Source: Thermoproteota archaeon (GTDB taxonomy: Archaea > Thermoproteota > Thermoprotei_A > Sulfolobales > Ignisphaeraceae). Taken from it: a stretch of DNA of 64,000 nucleotides. How positions within the stretch are numbered: position 1 is the first letter of the stretch; each line of letters opens with the position of its first letter. The notes beneath the pieces were generated by a model. It saw only the letters and a list, made by a program, of their open reading frames with translations, was not told the DNA's origin and did not search any database. A program made the translations under genes and the position numbers. The stretch spans positions 160,001 to 224,000 of the forward strand of contig JAUQPB010000002.1 of assembly GCA_030550585.1 (NCBI GenBank), given 5' to 3'. Of the stretch, positions 32,202 to 42,084 are shown in pieces.

Positions 32202-33217
32202 ACCCTCACCCTAGGGTCTATTACTATATGGATAATGTCAGCAATTGTTATCGCTACAACAAATAATATTGAGACCATTGCTAGAAGGCCGATGATCAAT
32301 GGGTAATCATTTGCTAGAATAGCTTTTGATAGTGTAACCCCTATACCCTCTCTACCAAACACATTTTCAATTGTTGCAACATCTATGACACTATAGGCAA
32401 AGGAGATGCCTTGGATTTGAGCAAGTACTGGTATAACCCCCCTCAAGACATACCTTCTTATAACATGTCTGCCCCGCAGTCCATAGGATAGTAATTGTCT
32501 CACATATTCTTTATGAAGCTCCTCTGAAAGTGTATGACGAACAATTCTAGTTGTTAGTGCAAATGGGTAAAGAGATGCTAGAAAAACTGGTGGCATAGCC
32601 CTTAAGACTGCATCTATAAAAGCATCCATTCTACCATTCAATAAGCTGTCTATGATGTATGACCCAGTATAAACATTTATTGAAATAGCATAGCTTGTGC
32701 CCACTCTGCCAAAAATGTTTATATTTAACATTTGCAACAAAAGAATGGTGATAGCTGCTATCCAGAATCTTGGTGAGGAAGCAAGCAGTGATGCTAAACC
32801 ATATATAGTTTTATCAGCTATAGAATTTCTGTGAAGAGAAGCATATACCCCTCCCAAAATTCCAAGAGGTAATGCAATGATGTATGCCAGTACAACAAGC
32901 TCTAGTGTTGCGGCTAAACTTCTCATGGCAATGACTGAGACTGGCTGTTTAAATCTAATTGAAATGCCCCAATCAAAGGAGAAGAACCTTTTGATGAAGT
33001 TATATAGCTGTATATAAAATGGTTTATCGAGTCCAAGATCCTTCTCAGCAAGTTTAATAGCTTCAGCAGCCTTTGGCCCTGTAGGTTTGCCTACCCAAGT
33101 ATAAGCAGGGTTTCCAGGAGCTATGTAGACAAGAACATAGGATACAACAATAATTCCGAGGATAACCAGAATACTTAGACTAATCCTCTTCAATATGTAG
33201 TAGAATAATTTAACCAT
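32198..33217 (-). CDS. Peptide ABC permease (DppB/OppB)
   Basis: APGNP, GLDKP, ATLEL, ENVFGREGIG, DYP, DPRVR. Confidence 0.9.
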   Translation of the reverse strand: MVKLFYYILKRISLSILVILGIIVVSYVLVYIAPGNPAYTWVGKPTGPKAAEAIKLAEKDLGLDKPFYIQLYNFIKRFFSFDWGISIRFKQPVSVIAMRSLAATLELVVLAYIIALPLGILGGVYASLHRNSIADKTIYGLASLLASSPRFWIAAITILLLQMLNINIFGRVGTSYAISINVYTGSYIIDSLLNGRMDAFIDAVLRAMPPVFLASLYPFALTTRIVRHTLSEELHKEYVRQLLSYGLRGRHVIRRYVLRGVIPVLAQIQGISFAYSVIDVATIENVFGREGIGVTLSKAILANDYPLIIGLLAMVSILFVVAITIADIIHIVIDPRVRV

Positions 33218-33231
33218 CCTTCAACTCCTAT

Positions 33232-34920
33232 CTACTTCAACACCTCGATATACTGGAAAAATATTACATACATGTACATGGGGTTGAAAGCATCTTCGCT
33301 CAACCTGATTTTGTCTGGGTCGTAGAGGTATGGTTGAACGGAATCGCAGAGATTAATTGCAACAACATTATCAAATACTATTCTTTGTGCTTGCTCATAC
33401 ATCTCAAGAGCTTTCTCAAAATCTTTGCCTTCAAGACTTAGAGCAGAGTCTATAAGCGAATCATAGTCGCTGTTGACAAATCCGCTCCAATTCCATATTG
33501 TATTATTGCTGTGTAGCATATACAGATAGTCGTATGGTGTTGGATATGTCGGCCACCAATCATTTATTATTAGATGCGGAGCACTCTCAGCGTTTGTCCA
33601 TACACTAGCCCCTCTTTCCTTAACTTGTTCCCATGGAAGTGCTATAATATCTAGATCTATCCCTAGCTGTCTAAGCGACGATTTTAATAATGATGCAAAT
33701 CTCTTTTCTTCCTCGTACCCCGCTGTTATAACAATCTCTAGCTCTAGTTTGACATCTTTGATTCCGAGCCTATCCAAAATCTCTTTTGCTTTTGTCAAGT
33801 TGTATTCGTATCTTAGGTTAGGAACATATCCTGGGTAGCCATGGGGCACCAACCCACTTCCCAATAATCCGTAGCCTTGAAAAGCGAAATCCACTATCTC
33901 GTTCCATGGAGTTGCATATGCAATTGCAAGTCTAAATTCTGTTATATTTGTCGGCCACCTCCTAGTATTAAACATTAGTATGTAGTTGTGGAAAGTTGTT
34001 TGATTGTAGACAGCATATCCTAGCTTTGCTAGATTTGGAATACTGCTTTTGGCAACCCCAGTAGCAATATCTATGTCGCCAGAGAGCAACCCAGATTCTT
34101 GTTGAGCAGGTTCTTCAACTATTCTAATTACTACAACATCTGGTGCATTAGGATTGTTTATCTCCTTCCATCCCCACCACTCATCAAATTTCCTTAAAAC
34201 AACCTCTGACTCTGGTTTATAGGAAGCAATTTTGTAGGGGCCAGTTCCACAATCATTTCCGCTTTCAAACCAAAGCCTAACTCTCTCGTCTGTTAGGTTA
34301 GATGCCTTTGAGTAGTTTAGTACATTGGGACAGTATATGTAGCTACTATATGAGGCTGCTGAAATGAGATCTATGGGGGCAGGATATTTGAGCTTAAATA
34401 ATATCGCTGTATCATTTAAAACCACAACATCTTCAACAGCATCCCATATCCAGCCAGCTCCAATACCCTTCTCTTCATAAAGAGCCTTGTTTCTCAATAT
34501 GCTAAATCTCACAGACTCTGCTGTGAGTAGTGAACCATCATGAAATCTTACATTAGGTCTTAACTTAAAAATCCAGCTTGTTTCATTAACTCTCGACCAA
34601 GAGATTGCAAGAGCTGGTTTAAACTCTTTTTTAATTGGATCATAGTAAAGCAGGGGTTCATAGACAGCGCCCAAAACAACAATACCAGTATCATCCTCTG
34701 CCCCAGGATCTATCCCGGTAATGGCATCTCTATAGGCGTATACAACGATTTTTTCTTTCTTTGCATATGTGGATTGTGTTGTTTGACCAATATTTTGTTG
34801 TGTTGGGGGAGCAAACAATATTTGATAGACAATTATGCCAGCTATTACGATAGCTGCTATGGCAATTGCTATTAATGTTTTTTGTTTTCTGTTGCCAGTC
34901 ATTTTAAATTCTGTAGACAC
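33232..34920 (-). CDS. Peptide ABC substrate-binding protein (family 5)
   Basis: N-terminal anchor, FKLRPNVRFHDG, GTGPY; start may be the ATG at 34902. Confidence 0.88.
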   Translation of the reverse strand: MSTEFKMTGNRKQKTLIAIAIAAIVIAGIIVYQILFAPPTQQNIGQTTQSTYAKKEKIVVYAYRDAITGIDPGAEDDTGIVVLGAVYEPLLYYDPIKKEFKPALAISWSRVNETSWIFKLRPNVRFHDGSLLTAESVRFSILRNKALYEEKGIGAGWIWDAVEDVVVLNDTAILFKLKYPAPIDLISAASYSSYIYCPNVLNYSKASNLTDERVRLWFESGNDCGTGPYKIASYKPESEVVLRKFDEWWGWKEINNPNAPDVVVIRIVEEPAQQESGLLSGDIDIATGVAKSSIPNLAKLGYAVYNQTTFHNYILMFNTRRWPTNITEFRLAIAYATPWNEIVDFAFQGYGLLGSGLVPHGYPGYVPNLRYEYNLTKAKEILDRLGIKDVKLELEIVITAGYEEEKRFASLLKSSLRQLGIDLDIIALPWEQVKERGASVWTNAESAPHLIINDWWPTYPTPYDYLYMLHSNNTIWNWSGFVNSDYDSLIDSALSLEGKDFEKALEMYEQAQRIVFDNVVAINLCDSVQPYLYDPDKIRLSEDAFNPMYMYVIFFQYIEVLK

Positions 34921-34951
34921 AGCACAGAAAAGACTAATAAACTTTAATTAG

Positions 34952-35003
34952 AATCAGTGTGTAGGGGGTCATCACATTATCAGTAACCGGATTAAACATC
35001 ATT
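34952..35003 (-). ncRNA. Box C/D guide sRNA
   Basis: Minus strand: AUGAUGU (C, 35002-34996), UUAAUCCGGUUA, CUGA (D'), UAAU, GUGAUGA (C'), CCCCCUACACA, CUGA (D, 34957-34954); canonical 11-12 nt guide spacing. Confidence 0.85.
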
Positions 35004-36399
35004 ACCCTAGAAATCCTCTTATCTTAGCTAGTGCGGCTATATGGGGCTCCACAGGATTTAGCTCTAAGATATTCTTGTATGGTTCGTTCGGCTCTGGCTT
35101 TATGCCCATGTAGTCTAGAACTTCATTAACAGTCTTAACTATTGTTTCATCGAGTCTCTGCTTTGCTATGGATGGTACATAGAATTGTGATTCATACTCC
35201 CACTCATCTATAAGATAAGGCATATAGTTTAATATCTCGTCAATTTCGTTGTTCTTATATGCATTTAGTAGATATTCTGCATCTAGGTATGTGGGTGGGA
35301 GGCCTAGCACATACCAGGTAGCTGTATAGACTATAGCTCGTGGCACATTAATCGTTTTATCCTCTGTTGGGAATATTCTACCATACTCCTTCCAAGTGAT
35401 CCTATCCCTCGTTGATGGTATACTTGCTGCGTATTTTACTACGGTTTCTAGGTATCTTGTTACAGTCTTTTTATAGCTTTCACTTGCACTTCTTATAATC
35501 CTGAGGACAGTTGATGGAATGCTTTTCGGTTTTTTGCCAAGCCACTGGATAATAGTTGATGAAACCTTTCTATAGTCTGTGAAAGGAACATCGTATCTCA
35601 CAGCAGACTGTATTGTAGCTGTGCAGTAACCTTGGTAGTGCCTAACCTCGTATTCTACAAGTTTTGGATTGTTTATTCCTCCTCTAAACGAGGGCGAGCC
35701 CATACCTATTATTGGCTTGATATCCAAGTCCAGCTCCTCATCTATTTTCTGCAACTCGCTCAACGCATACATTAAACCCAAGGCTGATGCTATATGCCCT
35801 GCTCTCACAGCTGCATCGCTTTTTCCTAGGAAGACCCTTAAGTGATTCAGTTCAACGCCAAACTCCTTCACAGTGTTATACAATATAGTTATATATCTGT
35901 GGATCTCCAGAAAGCGACTTGTATCTTCCACTAGCGGAACTAGCTGTACATCCATTTTCGGAAGCCCGAGCTCTTCTTGAAATATTCTAGCCTTCTTTAT
36001 AACAAGTTTCTGAACAAGCCTTACGCTATTAGGATCCTCGACCATTGGCATTATAACCCATTTAACTGCCTGGGCATTTACATAGTGATGCGAATAGTAG
36101 TTGGCTATGAGTGATGCCTCAAGAGATAATGCAACTCTGTCGATATCCTCGAGTTTTGGATTGGGTATCCTAGGGGTAACAAAGTATTTCTCTCCAATTG
36201 GAATACCTAGTTTCACAGCTTTTGTGACAATATCCTTTGGCTGTGCATAGGGTGTTAGCTTACCCTCATAATCACTCATAACCTCGTCGCATTCATACAT
36301 TGTATAACCTTGGAGAGCTTCGTCGACTTCTTCTTGTGCTGTTATCTTCACTGAGGCATCTGGATGCTGAGTGCACATAAGCCTAGGTATAAACTCCAT
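35002..36399 (-). CDS. ppcA: Archaeal-type phosphoenolpyruvate carboxylase
   Basis: IPRLMCTQHPD, DYEGK, RVFLGKSD, GMGSPSFRG, PRAI, RGFLG C-terminus. Confidence 0.93.
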   Translation of the reverse strand: MEFIPRLMCTQHPDASVKITAQEEVDEALQGYTMYECDEVMSDYEGKLTPYAQPKDIVTKAVKLGIPIGEKYFVTPRIPNPKLEDIDRVALSLEASLIANYYSHHYVNAQAVKWVIMPMVEDPNSVRLVQKLVIKKARIFQEELGLPKMDVQLVPLVEDTSRFLEIHRYITILYNTVKEFGVELNHLRVFLGKSDAAVRAGHIASALGLMYALSELQKIDEELDLDIKPIIGMGSPSFRGGINNPKLVEYEVRHYQGYCTATIQSAVRYDVPFTDYRKVSSTIIQWLGKKPKSIPSTVLRIIRSASESYKKTVTRYLETVVKYAASIPSTRDRITWKEYGRIFPTEDKTINVPRAIVYTATWYVLGLPPTYLDAEYLLNAYKNNEIDEILNYMPYLIDEWEYESQFYVPSIAKQRLDETIVKTVNEVLDYMGIKPEPNEPYKNILELNPVEPHIAALAKIRGFLG

Positions 36400-36414
36400 T
36401 AAGATCACCTTACA

Positions 36415-37613
36415 CTAATAGCTAAAATATTTTGTGATGGTGTCCGGATCTTTAAGCGCATGACCAGTTGCAATAAGTACAGCAAGACCATTCCTGTCTA
36501 TGAGCCCCATCTCAACAGCCTTTCTATAACCAGCAAGCGAAGCTGCACTAGCAGGCTCAACCCCAATGCCCTCATATCGAGCCAAATCCTTTACACCCTC
36601 CAAAATCTCATTGTCAGATACTGTAATGAATACTCCACCAGATTCTTTAACAGCGTTCAGAGCCTTTAACCAGTTGACTGGCTTGCCAATTCTAATAGCA
36701 GATGCTATTGTCTGCGGTTTTTCAACTTCGATTAGAGCATTGCTTCCGGTTTTCCATGTAGCAACAAGTGGGGCTGCACCTTCAGCTTGAACTCCGATCA
36801 TTTTAGGCAACTTATTTATTAGGCCATAGTTGTAGAGCTCTTTGAACCCCTTCCAAATAGCTGATATATTACCTGCATTTCCAACAGGAACAACAACTGC
36901 TTCTGGCACCTCAGAAAGCTCATCAACAATCTCAAAAGCTATTGTCTTCTGCCCCTCTAGCCTCCATGGATTGTAAGAGTTTAGCGGATACAAATCTCTT
37001 TTACCATTTATAACAGCCTCGGTGAAAACCTCTTCCAACGCATCATCAAATACCCCATCAACCTCGACAATTTTCGCACCATGTAGAAGTGACTGAGCGA
37101 GCTTTCCTCTCGCAACACCACCACGCGGCAACACAACAACGCATTTAAGACCTGCTCTCGCAGCATAAGCCGCTGCTGAAGCAGCAGTATTGCCGGTGCT
37201 TGCAACAACAACACCCTCAACACCTAGATGCTTGGCTATTGTCACACCAACTGTCATTCCCCTATCCTTAAAGCTCCCAGTTGGGTTCCCACCCTCGAAC
37301 TTCACATACACATTTCCATTGACAGCTCTATTAACTCTGATAAGCGGTGTGCCACCTTCGCACATTGTAACAGGCTCTATATCATCATTTATAGGTAGTA
37401 GCTCTCTATATCTCCAAACGCCAAACCTTCTTCTTCTTGCTTTATCCCAGCTAAAACTTGTTTTAGCAGGCATTACAACTTCCAATAGGTTTTTACATCT
37501 TGGGCATATGAATAGCCATGGATCTGGATCGTAGACAGCTCCACATTTTATGCATCTAAGTTTTACTCCGTCTTTGAATATTTTCTTGTGTGGAGAACTT
37601 TCTATGTTTCCAA
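36415..37613 (-). CDS. thrC: Threonine synthase with N-terminal Zn ribbon; 5' end needs a frameshift or a non-canonical start
   Basis: NPTGSFKDRG, ASTGNT, RLEGQKT, PVGNAGN, TGHALKD; frame stays open upstream of 37485 through CIKC/CPRC to a TGA at 37617-37615 with no ATG/GTG/TTG. Confidence 0.88.
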
Positions 37614-37663
37614 GTCATCCACCATAGTCTAAATATACTTTGGGACAGGGGTTAAAAAACTTT

Positions 37664-38701
37664 CTATGAATGTATTTCAGAGTTTAGAACCTTCACAAGA
37701 GCATTAACAACATCAACTGTTTTGTAGGTTCCCCCTAGATCTGGTGTCAAAATTTTTAGATCTTCCACCACGGTATGTATAGCCTTATCCAAGTTTTTTG
37801 CCTTTACATGGAGATCAGCATCATCGAATTTTTCATATAGGTAGTAGAGCATCAACTTAGCAGCCTCTATCTCTCCAATAGGGTTGGCTATACCCTTTCC
37901 AGCTATATCGGGGGCTGTCCCATGAACAGGCTCAAAAACAGCTATGTCACTGCCTATTTGTGCAGAGCCGCATAGTCCAAGGCTACCAACCATAGCTGCG
38001 GCAAGATCAGATAGGATATCTCCATATAGATTTGGTGTAACCATAACCCCTAATCGTTCGGGGTTTCTAACAATTGTGTAAGCAGCTGTATCAACAATAA
38101 TCTCTTCTGCAGTTATATCAGGATATCTCTTAGCTACTTCAAAGAAAACATCTCTGAAGAGTCCATCGGATATCTTCAAAACATTGGCTTTGTGAACAAC
38201 TGTGACTTTTTTAAACCCGTTTTTCTTAGCATAGCTAAATGCATATTCTGCTATCCTTTTAGCACCTTCATAGGTAATGATCCTAAGAGATATGGCCGTT
38301 CCTTTAAATAGCCCCTCGATACCTACATAGACATCCTCGCTATTCTCTCTAACTATAACAAAGTTGAAATCCTTTAGTGAAAAGCCCTTGAAGCTCTTAA
38401 AAGGTCTCACATTGGCATACAAGTCAAGTTCTTTTCTAATCAAAATATTGATGCTTTTGAACTCTTTTTCATGTGGGGGTGTATAGAGAGGACCCTTCAA
38501 GATGGCATCCATCTTCTTGGCAACGTCAAAAAAGCCCTCCTCTAGTGGCTTTCCAAAACGCTTGTAGTATTCGTATCCAGCCCTCAGCTCAACAAATTCA
38601 GCATCTATTCCAAGGGCATTCAACACATGAAGTGCGGCATCAACTATTTCTGGCCCTATACCATCTCCCTTCAAAACCCCTATCTTGTACCTCTTGACCA
38701 T
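37664..38701 (-). CDS. Isocitrate/homoisocitrate/isopropylmalate dehydrogenase family
   Basis: GDGIGPEI, LYANVRP, VRENSE, HKANVLK, NLYGDILSD, FEPVHGTAPDIAGKG. Confidence 0.9.
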   Translation of the reverse strand: MVKRYKIGVLKGDGIGPEIVDAALHVLNALGIDAEFVELRAGYEYYKRFGKPLEEGFFDVAKKMDAILKGPLYTPPHEKEFKSINILIRKELDLYANVRPFKSFKGFSLKDFNFVIVRENSEDVYVGIEGLFKGTAISLRIITYEGAKRIAEYAFSYAKKNGFKKVTVVHKANVLKISDGLFRDVFFEVAKRYPDITAEEIIVDTAAYTIVRNPERLGVMVTPNLYGDILSDLAAAMVGSLGLCGSAQIGSDIAVFEPVHGTAPDIAGKGIANPIGEIEAAKLMLYYLYEKFDDADLHVKAKNLDKAIHTVVEDLKILTPDLGGTYKTVDVVNALVKVLNSEIHS

Positions 38702-39201
38702 GGAAGTCCACCATATCTCTTGATGTATTCTACAACTCCGCCAACCTCAAGAATGTCAAGAATTTCCTTGGGGAAGGGGGTAAACCTCTCTTCAACGCCT
38801 TTTGTAATGTTCCTTACAATGCCATTTGATATATCAACCTCTACCACATCTCCTGTCTCGCTAACATCTGGAATGATCTTTGCAACAATCACCGGCAGCC
38901 CAATGTTTATAGCATTTCTGTAGAATATGTGTGCAAAGCTCTTAGCAACAATAGCTCCAACTCCAACAAGCTTTAGTAGTCTTGGTGCCTGCTCTCTGCT
39001 AGAGCCTTTCCCAAAGTTTCTGCCACCAACAATTATATCGCCTTTTGAAACCAGTTTGTAGAATCCAGGTATAACGTCTTCAAGTACGTGAACAGCCATC
39101 TTATTCATATCATTTATGGCTTCGAATTTGTATTTCCCAGATATTATATGGTCTGTACTTATATTGTCTCCAAGCTTCCAACACTTTCCACGGACAATCA
39201 C
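38680..39201 (-). CDS. LeuD/HacB-type hydro-lyase small subunit
   Basis: [30 protein letters not shown]. Confidence 0.88.
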   Translation of the reverse strand: MIVRGKCWKLGDNISTDHIISGKYKFEAINDMNKMAVHVLEDVIPGFYKLVSKGDIIVGGRNFGKGSSREQAPRLLKLVGVGAIVAKSFAHIFYRNAINIGLPVIVAKIIPDVSETGDVVEVDISNGIVRNITKGVEERFTPFPKEILDILEVGGVVEYIKRYGGLPWSRGTR

Positions 39202-39213
39202 ATTGGCCCACCC

Positions 39214-40467
39214 CTAAGAAAGGTATTTCCTGGGATCAGCTATTCTACCCTCTATAGCTGTAGCAGCGGCTACAGCGGGTGATGAGAGGTACACCTTGCT
39301 ATCTCTATGTCCCATTCTACCCGGGAAGTTTCTGTTTGTTGTTGCCACAGCAACTTCGCCAGCTGCTAAAAGACCCATGTGAGCACCTACACATGGTCCG
39401 CATGTTGGGGGTGCTATAGTGCATCCTGCACTAGCAAGAATGTCTATATAGCCTCTTTTCAGAGCCTCCATATAGACCTTTCTAGAAGCTGGTGATACTA
39501 TACATCTTACACCATCTTTTACCTTTCTCCCATGCAATATTCGTGCAGCTATCTCTATGTCCTCCAACCTGCCATTTGTACACGAGCCTATGAAAACCTG
39601 GTCAACCTCTACGTTGCTTACTTCACCAACACCTTTAACATTGTCAACATCCGGTGGAGCAGCTACCACAGGCTCCAATTTAGAGACTTCAACAATAAGC
39701 TCATCAACATAGCCATCTTCTTTTTCCCAATCAACATCCCTGTAAATGGTATACCCTCTTTCATTTAGCCACTTCCTAGCAACCTCATCAACTGGCATAA
39801 TAGCCGACTCAGCGCTCATCTCTGTGCACATATTTGTTAACGTCATTCTAGAGTCTACACTTAGATACTTCAGTGTATCACCTCTAAACTCAACAGCTCT
39901 ACCAAGCATACCGTCAGTACCTATACTACCTATTATGTGAAGCGCTATATCCTTGCTCATAACACCTTTCGGCATGGCCCCTGTTAAAACAACCTTAGCC
40001 GTTTCAGGCACCTTAAGCCACAGCATCCCAAACATCATGGCAATAGCTGCATCGGTACTTCCAACCCCAGTAGCATAAACACCTATGGCACCAATTGTTG
40101 GTGTATGGCTATCTGCTCCAACAACAACCATGCCAGGTCTAACAAGACCATCTTCAACAACAACTTGGTGGCTAATACCATAACCCACATCGAATAGTTT
40201 CACCCCATACTCTTTTGCAAATCTCCTCATCTCCTTGTGAACAGTAGCAGCAGCAACGTGTGGGGCTGGAGAAGAGTGGTCAATGAAGAAAAATGCTCTT
40301 TCTACAGCAACTCTTCTCTTTAATTCGAGCTCTTTTTCAACAACATCTATTACAAGCGGCGCTGTGCCATCTTGTGCATAGACAGCATCAATGTTTATGA
40401 CAACTATCTCTCCTGGTGAGACATTTCTGCCAATTGCTTTAGACACTATCCTATCTATCAAGCCCAT
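39214..40467 (-). CDS. LeuC/HacA-type hydro-lyase large subunit
   Basis: QDGT, GADSHT, GSCTNGR, CGPCVG, TTNRNFPGRMG. Confidence 0.88.
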   Translation of the reverse strand: MGLIDRIVSKAIGRNVSPGEIVVINIDAVYAQDGTAPLVIDVVEKELELKRRVAVERAFFFIDHSSPAPHVAAATVHKEMRRFAKEYGVKLFDVGYGISHQVVVEDGLVRPGMVVVGADSHTPTIGAIGVYATGVGSTDAAIAMMFGMLWLKVPETAKVVLTGAMPKGVMSKDIALHIIGSIGTDGMLGRAVEFRGDTLKYLSVDSRMTLTNMCTEMSAESAIMPVDEVARKWLNERGYTIYRDVDWEKEDGYVDELIVEVSKLEPVVAAPPDVDNVKGVGEVSNVEVDQVFIGSCTNGRLEDIEIAARILHGRKVKDGVRCIVSPASRKVYMEALKRGYIDILASAGCTIAPPTCGPCVGAHMGLLAAGEVAVATTNRNFPGRMGHRDSKVYLSSPAVAAATAIEGRIADPRKYLS

Positions 40468-40503
40468 TCAAGGAACACCTCAAGAAAATCTTCGAATATC
40501 TTT

Positions 40504-41808
40504 TTACCGTGTCTTTCTCTCGACCTCGGGAAAATGCTTCTTCACGATTTCAAGCATTTCACTATCTGATAGTGGCTCAACTCTATTGGTCTTATTGAAC
40601 AGCTCTACAATTTCGTTGTATATTGCAACAACTCTTGGATCATCTTTTGATATATGGTTATATCCGAGATAGTTCTTAAGCCAGATTACAATAGCCGACC
40701 TTCCAGAGTATGGGGTTATTGCGACAGAGTATGGTAGTCCCAGAACCTTCACTGGATCGAATGGCAAGTAAACCTCCGGGTTCTTTAAAAGACCGTCGGC
40801 ATGTATACCTGCTTTTGTTCTAAAAGCATTCTTACCTACAATTGGGTAGTGCTCAATTATTTTGAGCCCCATCCTCTCAAAGAGTTCAGGTAGCTTTGAC
40901 AAAGCCTTCAAATTTATTCTGTTGTCACCTCTTATAGAAGCATAGTGAATAGCCATAATTTCTAGTGGGCAGTTACCAGCTCTTTCACCAATGCCTAGAA
41001 GAGTGCAGTTGCCAGCTGCTGCACCATAAATCCATGCCGCAAGTTGATTAGCTACAACAAGCCCAAAGTCGTTATGACCATGAAACTCTATATACTCTTG
41101 TGGAATGCCAGTAGCCCTCCTAATTGCTTGTATAATTGCTGGTATCCCTCTTGGAAGTGGCACCTCTGGAAATGGTAGTCCGAGCCCCAGAGTATCTGGG
41201 AGCTTTATCTTTACAGGTGTTCTGTACTTCTCGCTTAACTCGAGAAGCCTCTTTACAAAGGGTATCACAGCTCCGAAAATATCAGCTCTTGTAATATCCT
41301 CTAGAGACGCTCTAATTGTTATCCCATGACTAAGAGCCTTCTCAGCAACCTCTAAATATTTTCTAAAAGCCTCTTCCCTTGTCGCATTAAACTTGTACTT
41401 TATGTGATAATCAGATATAGACATGAGCATAACAGTCTCGTCAAGCTTCGCATCTATAACAAGCTGGAGATCTGTATGGGTGGCTCTTATCCAGCCTATT
41501 ACCTTTGGATACCTATATCCATATGATAAAAGCCTCTTCACAGCTTCCCTATCCTTTTCTGTATACAGAAATACTTCTGTGCTTTCAATACCTCCCCTAC
41601 CACCAATATCGGCTAAAAGCTCGTAGATCTCCTCACATTCTTCAACAGTGAAAACCCTCCAACCCTGTTGGCCATCTCTAAGTGTAGTATCGGTAAGAAA
41701 AATCTTACTTAGATTTTCCCTAAGCTCAGCATCTGTAACAACAAGTCTTGGCACACTATCAAATGGATAGAGATCTCTGAAAAACTTCATATCCCCATCT
41801 AATCCCAT
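40504..41808 (-). CDS. DRE-TIM metallolyase, Re-citrate synthase-like (homocitrate/isopropylmalate synthase superfamily)
   Basis: TDTTLRDGQQ, FLYTEKDREAV, GWIRA, MSISDYHI, LEDITRAD, HGHNDFG, AGIHADGL. Confidence 0.8.
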   Translation of the reverse strand: MGLDGDMKFFRDLYPFDSVPRLVVTDAELRENLSKIFLTDTTLRDGQQGWRVFTVEECEEIYELLADIGGRGGIESTEVFLYTEKDREAVKRLLSYGYRYPKVIGWIRATHTDLQLVIDAKLDETVMLMSISDYHIKYKFNATREEAFRKYLEVAEKALSHGITIRASLEDITRADIFGAVIPFVKRLLELSEKYRTPVKIKLPDTLGLGLPFPEVPLPRGIPAIIQAIRRATGIPQEYIEFHGHNDFGLVVANQLAAWIYGAAAGNCTLLGIGERAGNCPLEIMAIHYASIRGDNRINLKALSKLPELFERMGLKIIEHYPIVGKNAFRTKAGIHADGLLKNPEVYLPFDPVKVLGLPYSVAITPYSGRSAIVIWLKNYLGYNHISKDDPRVVAIYNEIVELFNKTNRVEPLSDSEMLEIVKKHFPEVERKTR

Positions 41809-42084
41809 GGAAACATCACCAGATATCGCTTAAGTTATACAAGTTTCGTGCAAACCTAAAATAATTGTCTTATAATGCTATGGTGCGTGTTTATGGACAT
41901 CAGTCTAAAGAACTCCGCACTATTAGTAAATAGTTTAATGCGGATTCTATAACATGAAAGTGCCGTGACAAAGAACCAAACCCTGTAATTGTTATATACC
42001 TTTTAAAATTGCTTAAACACGTTTTAGCCGATAAATTTATATACCGATAGGCTTGAACAGAGATTAAGATTTGGTGAACACCTT

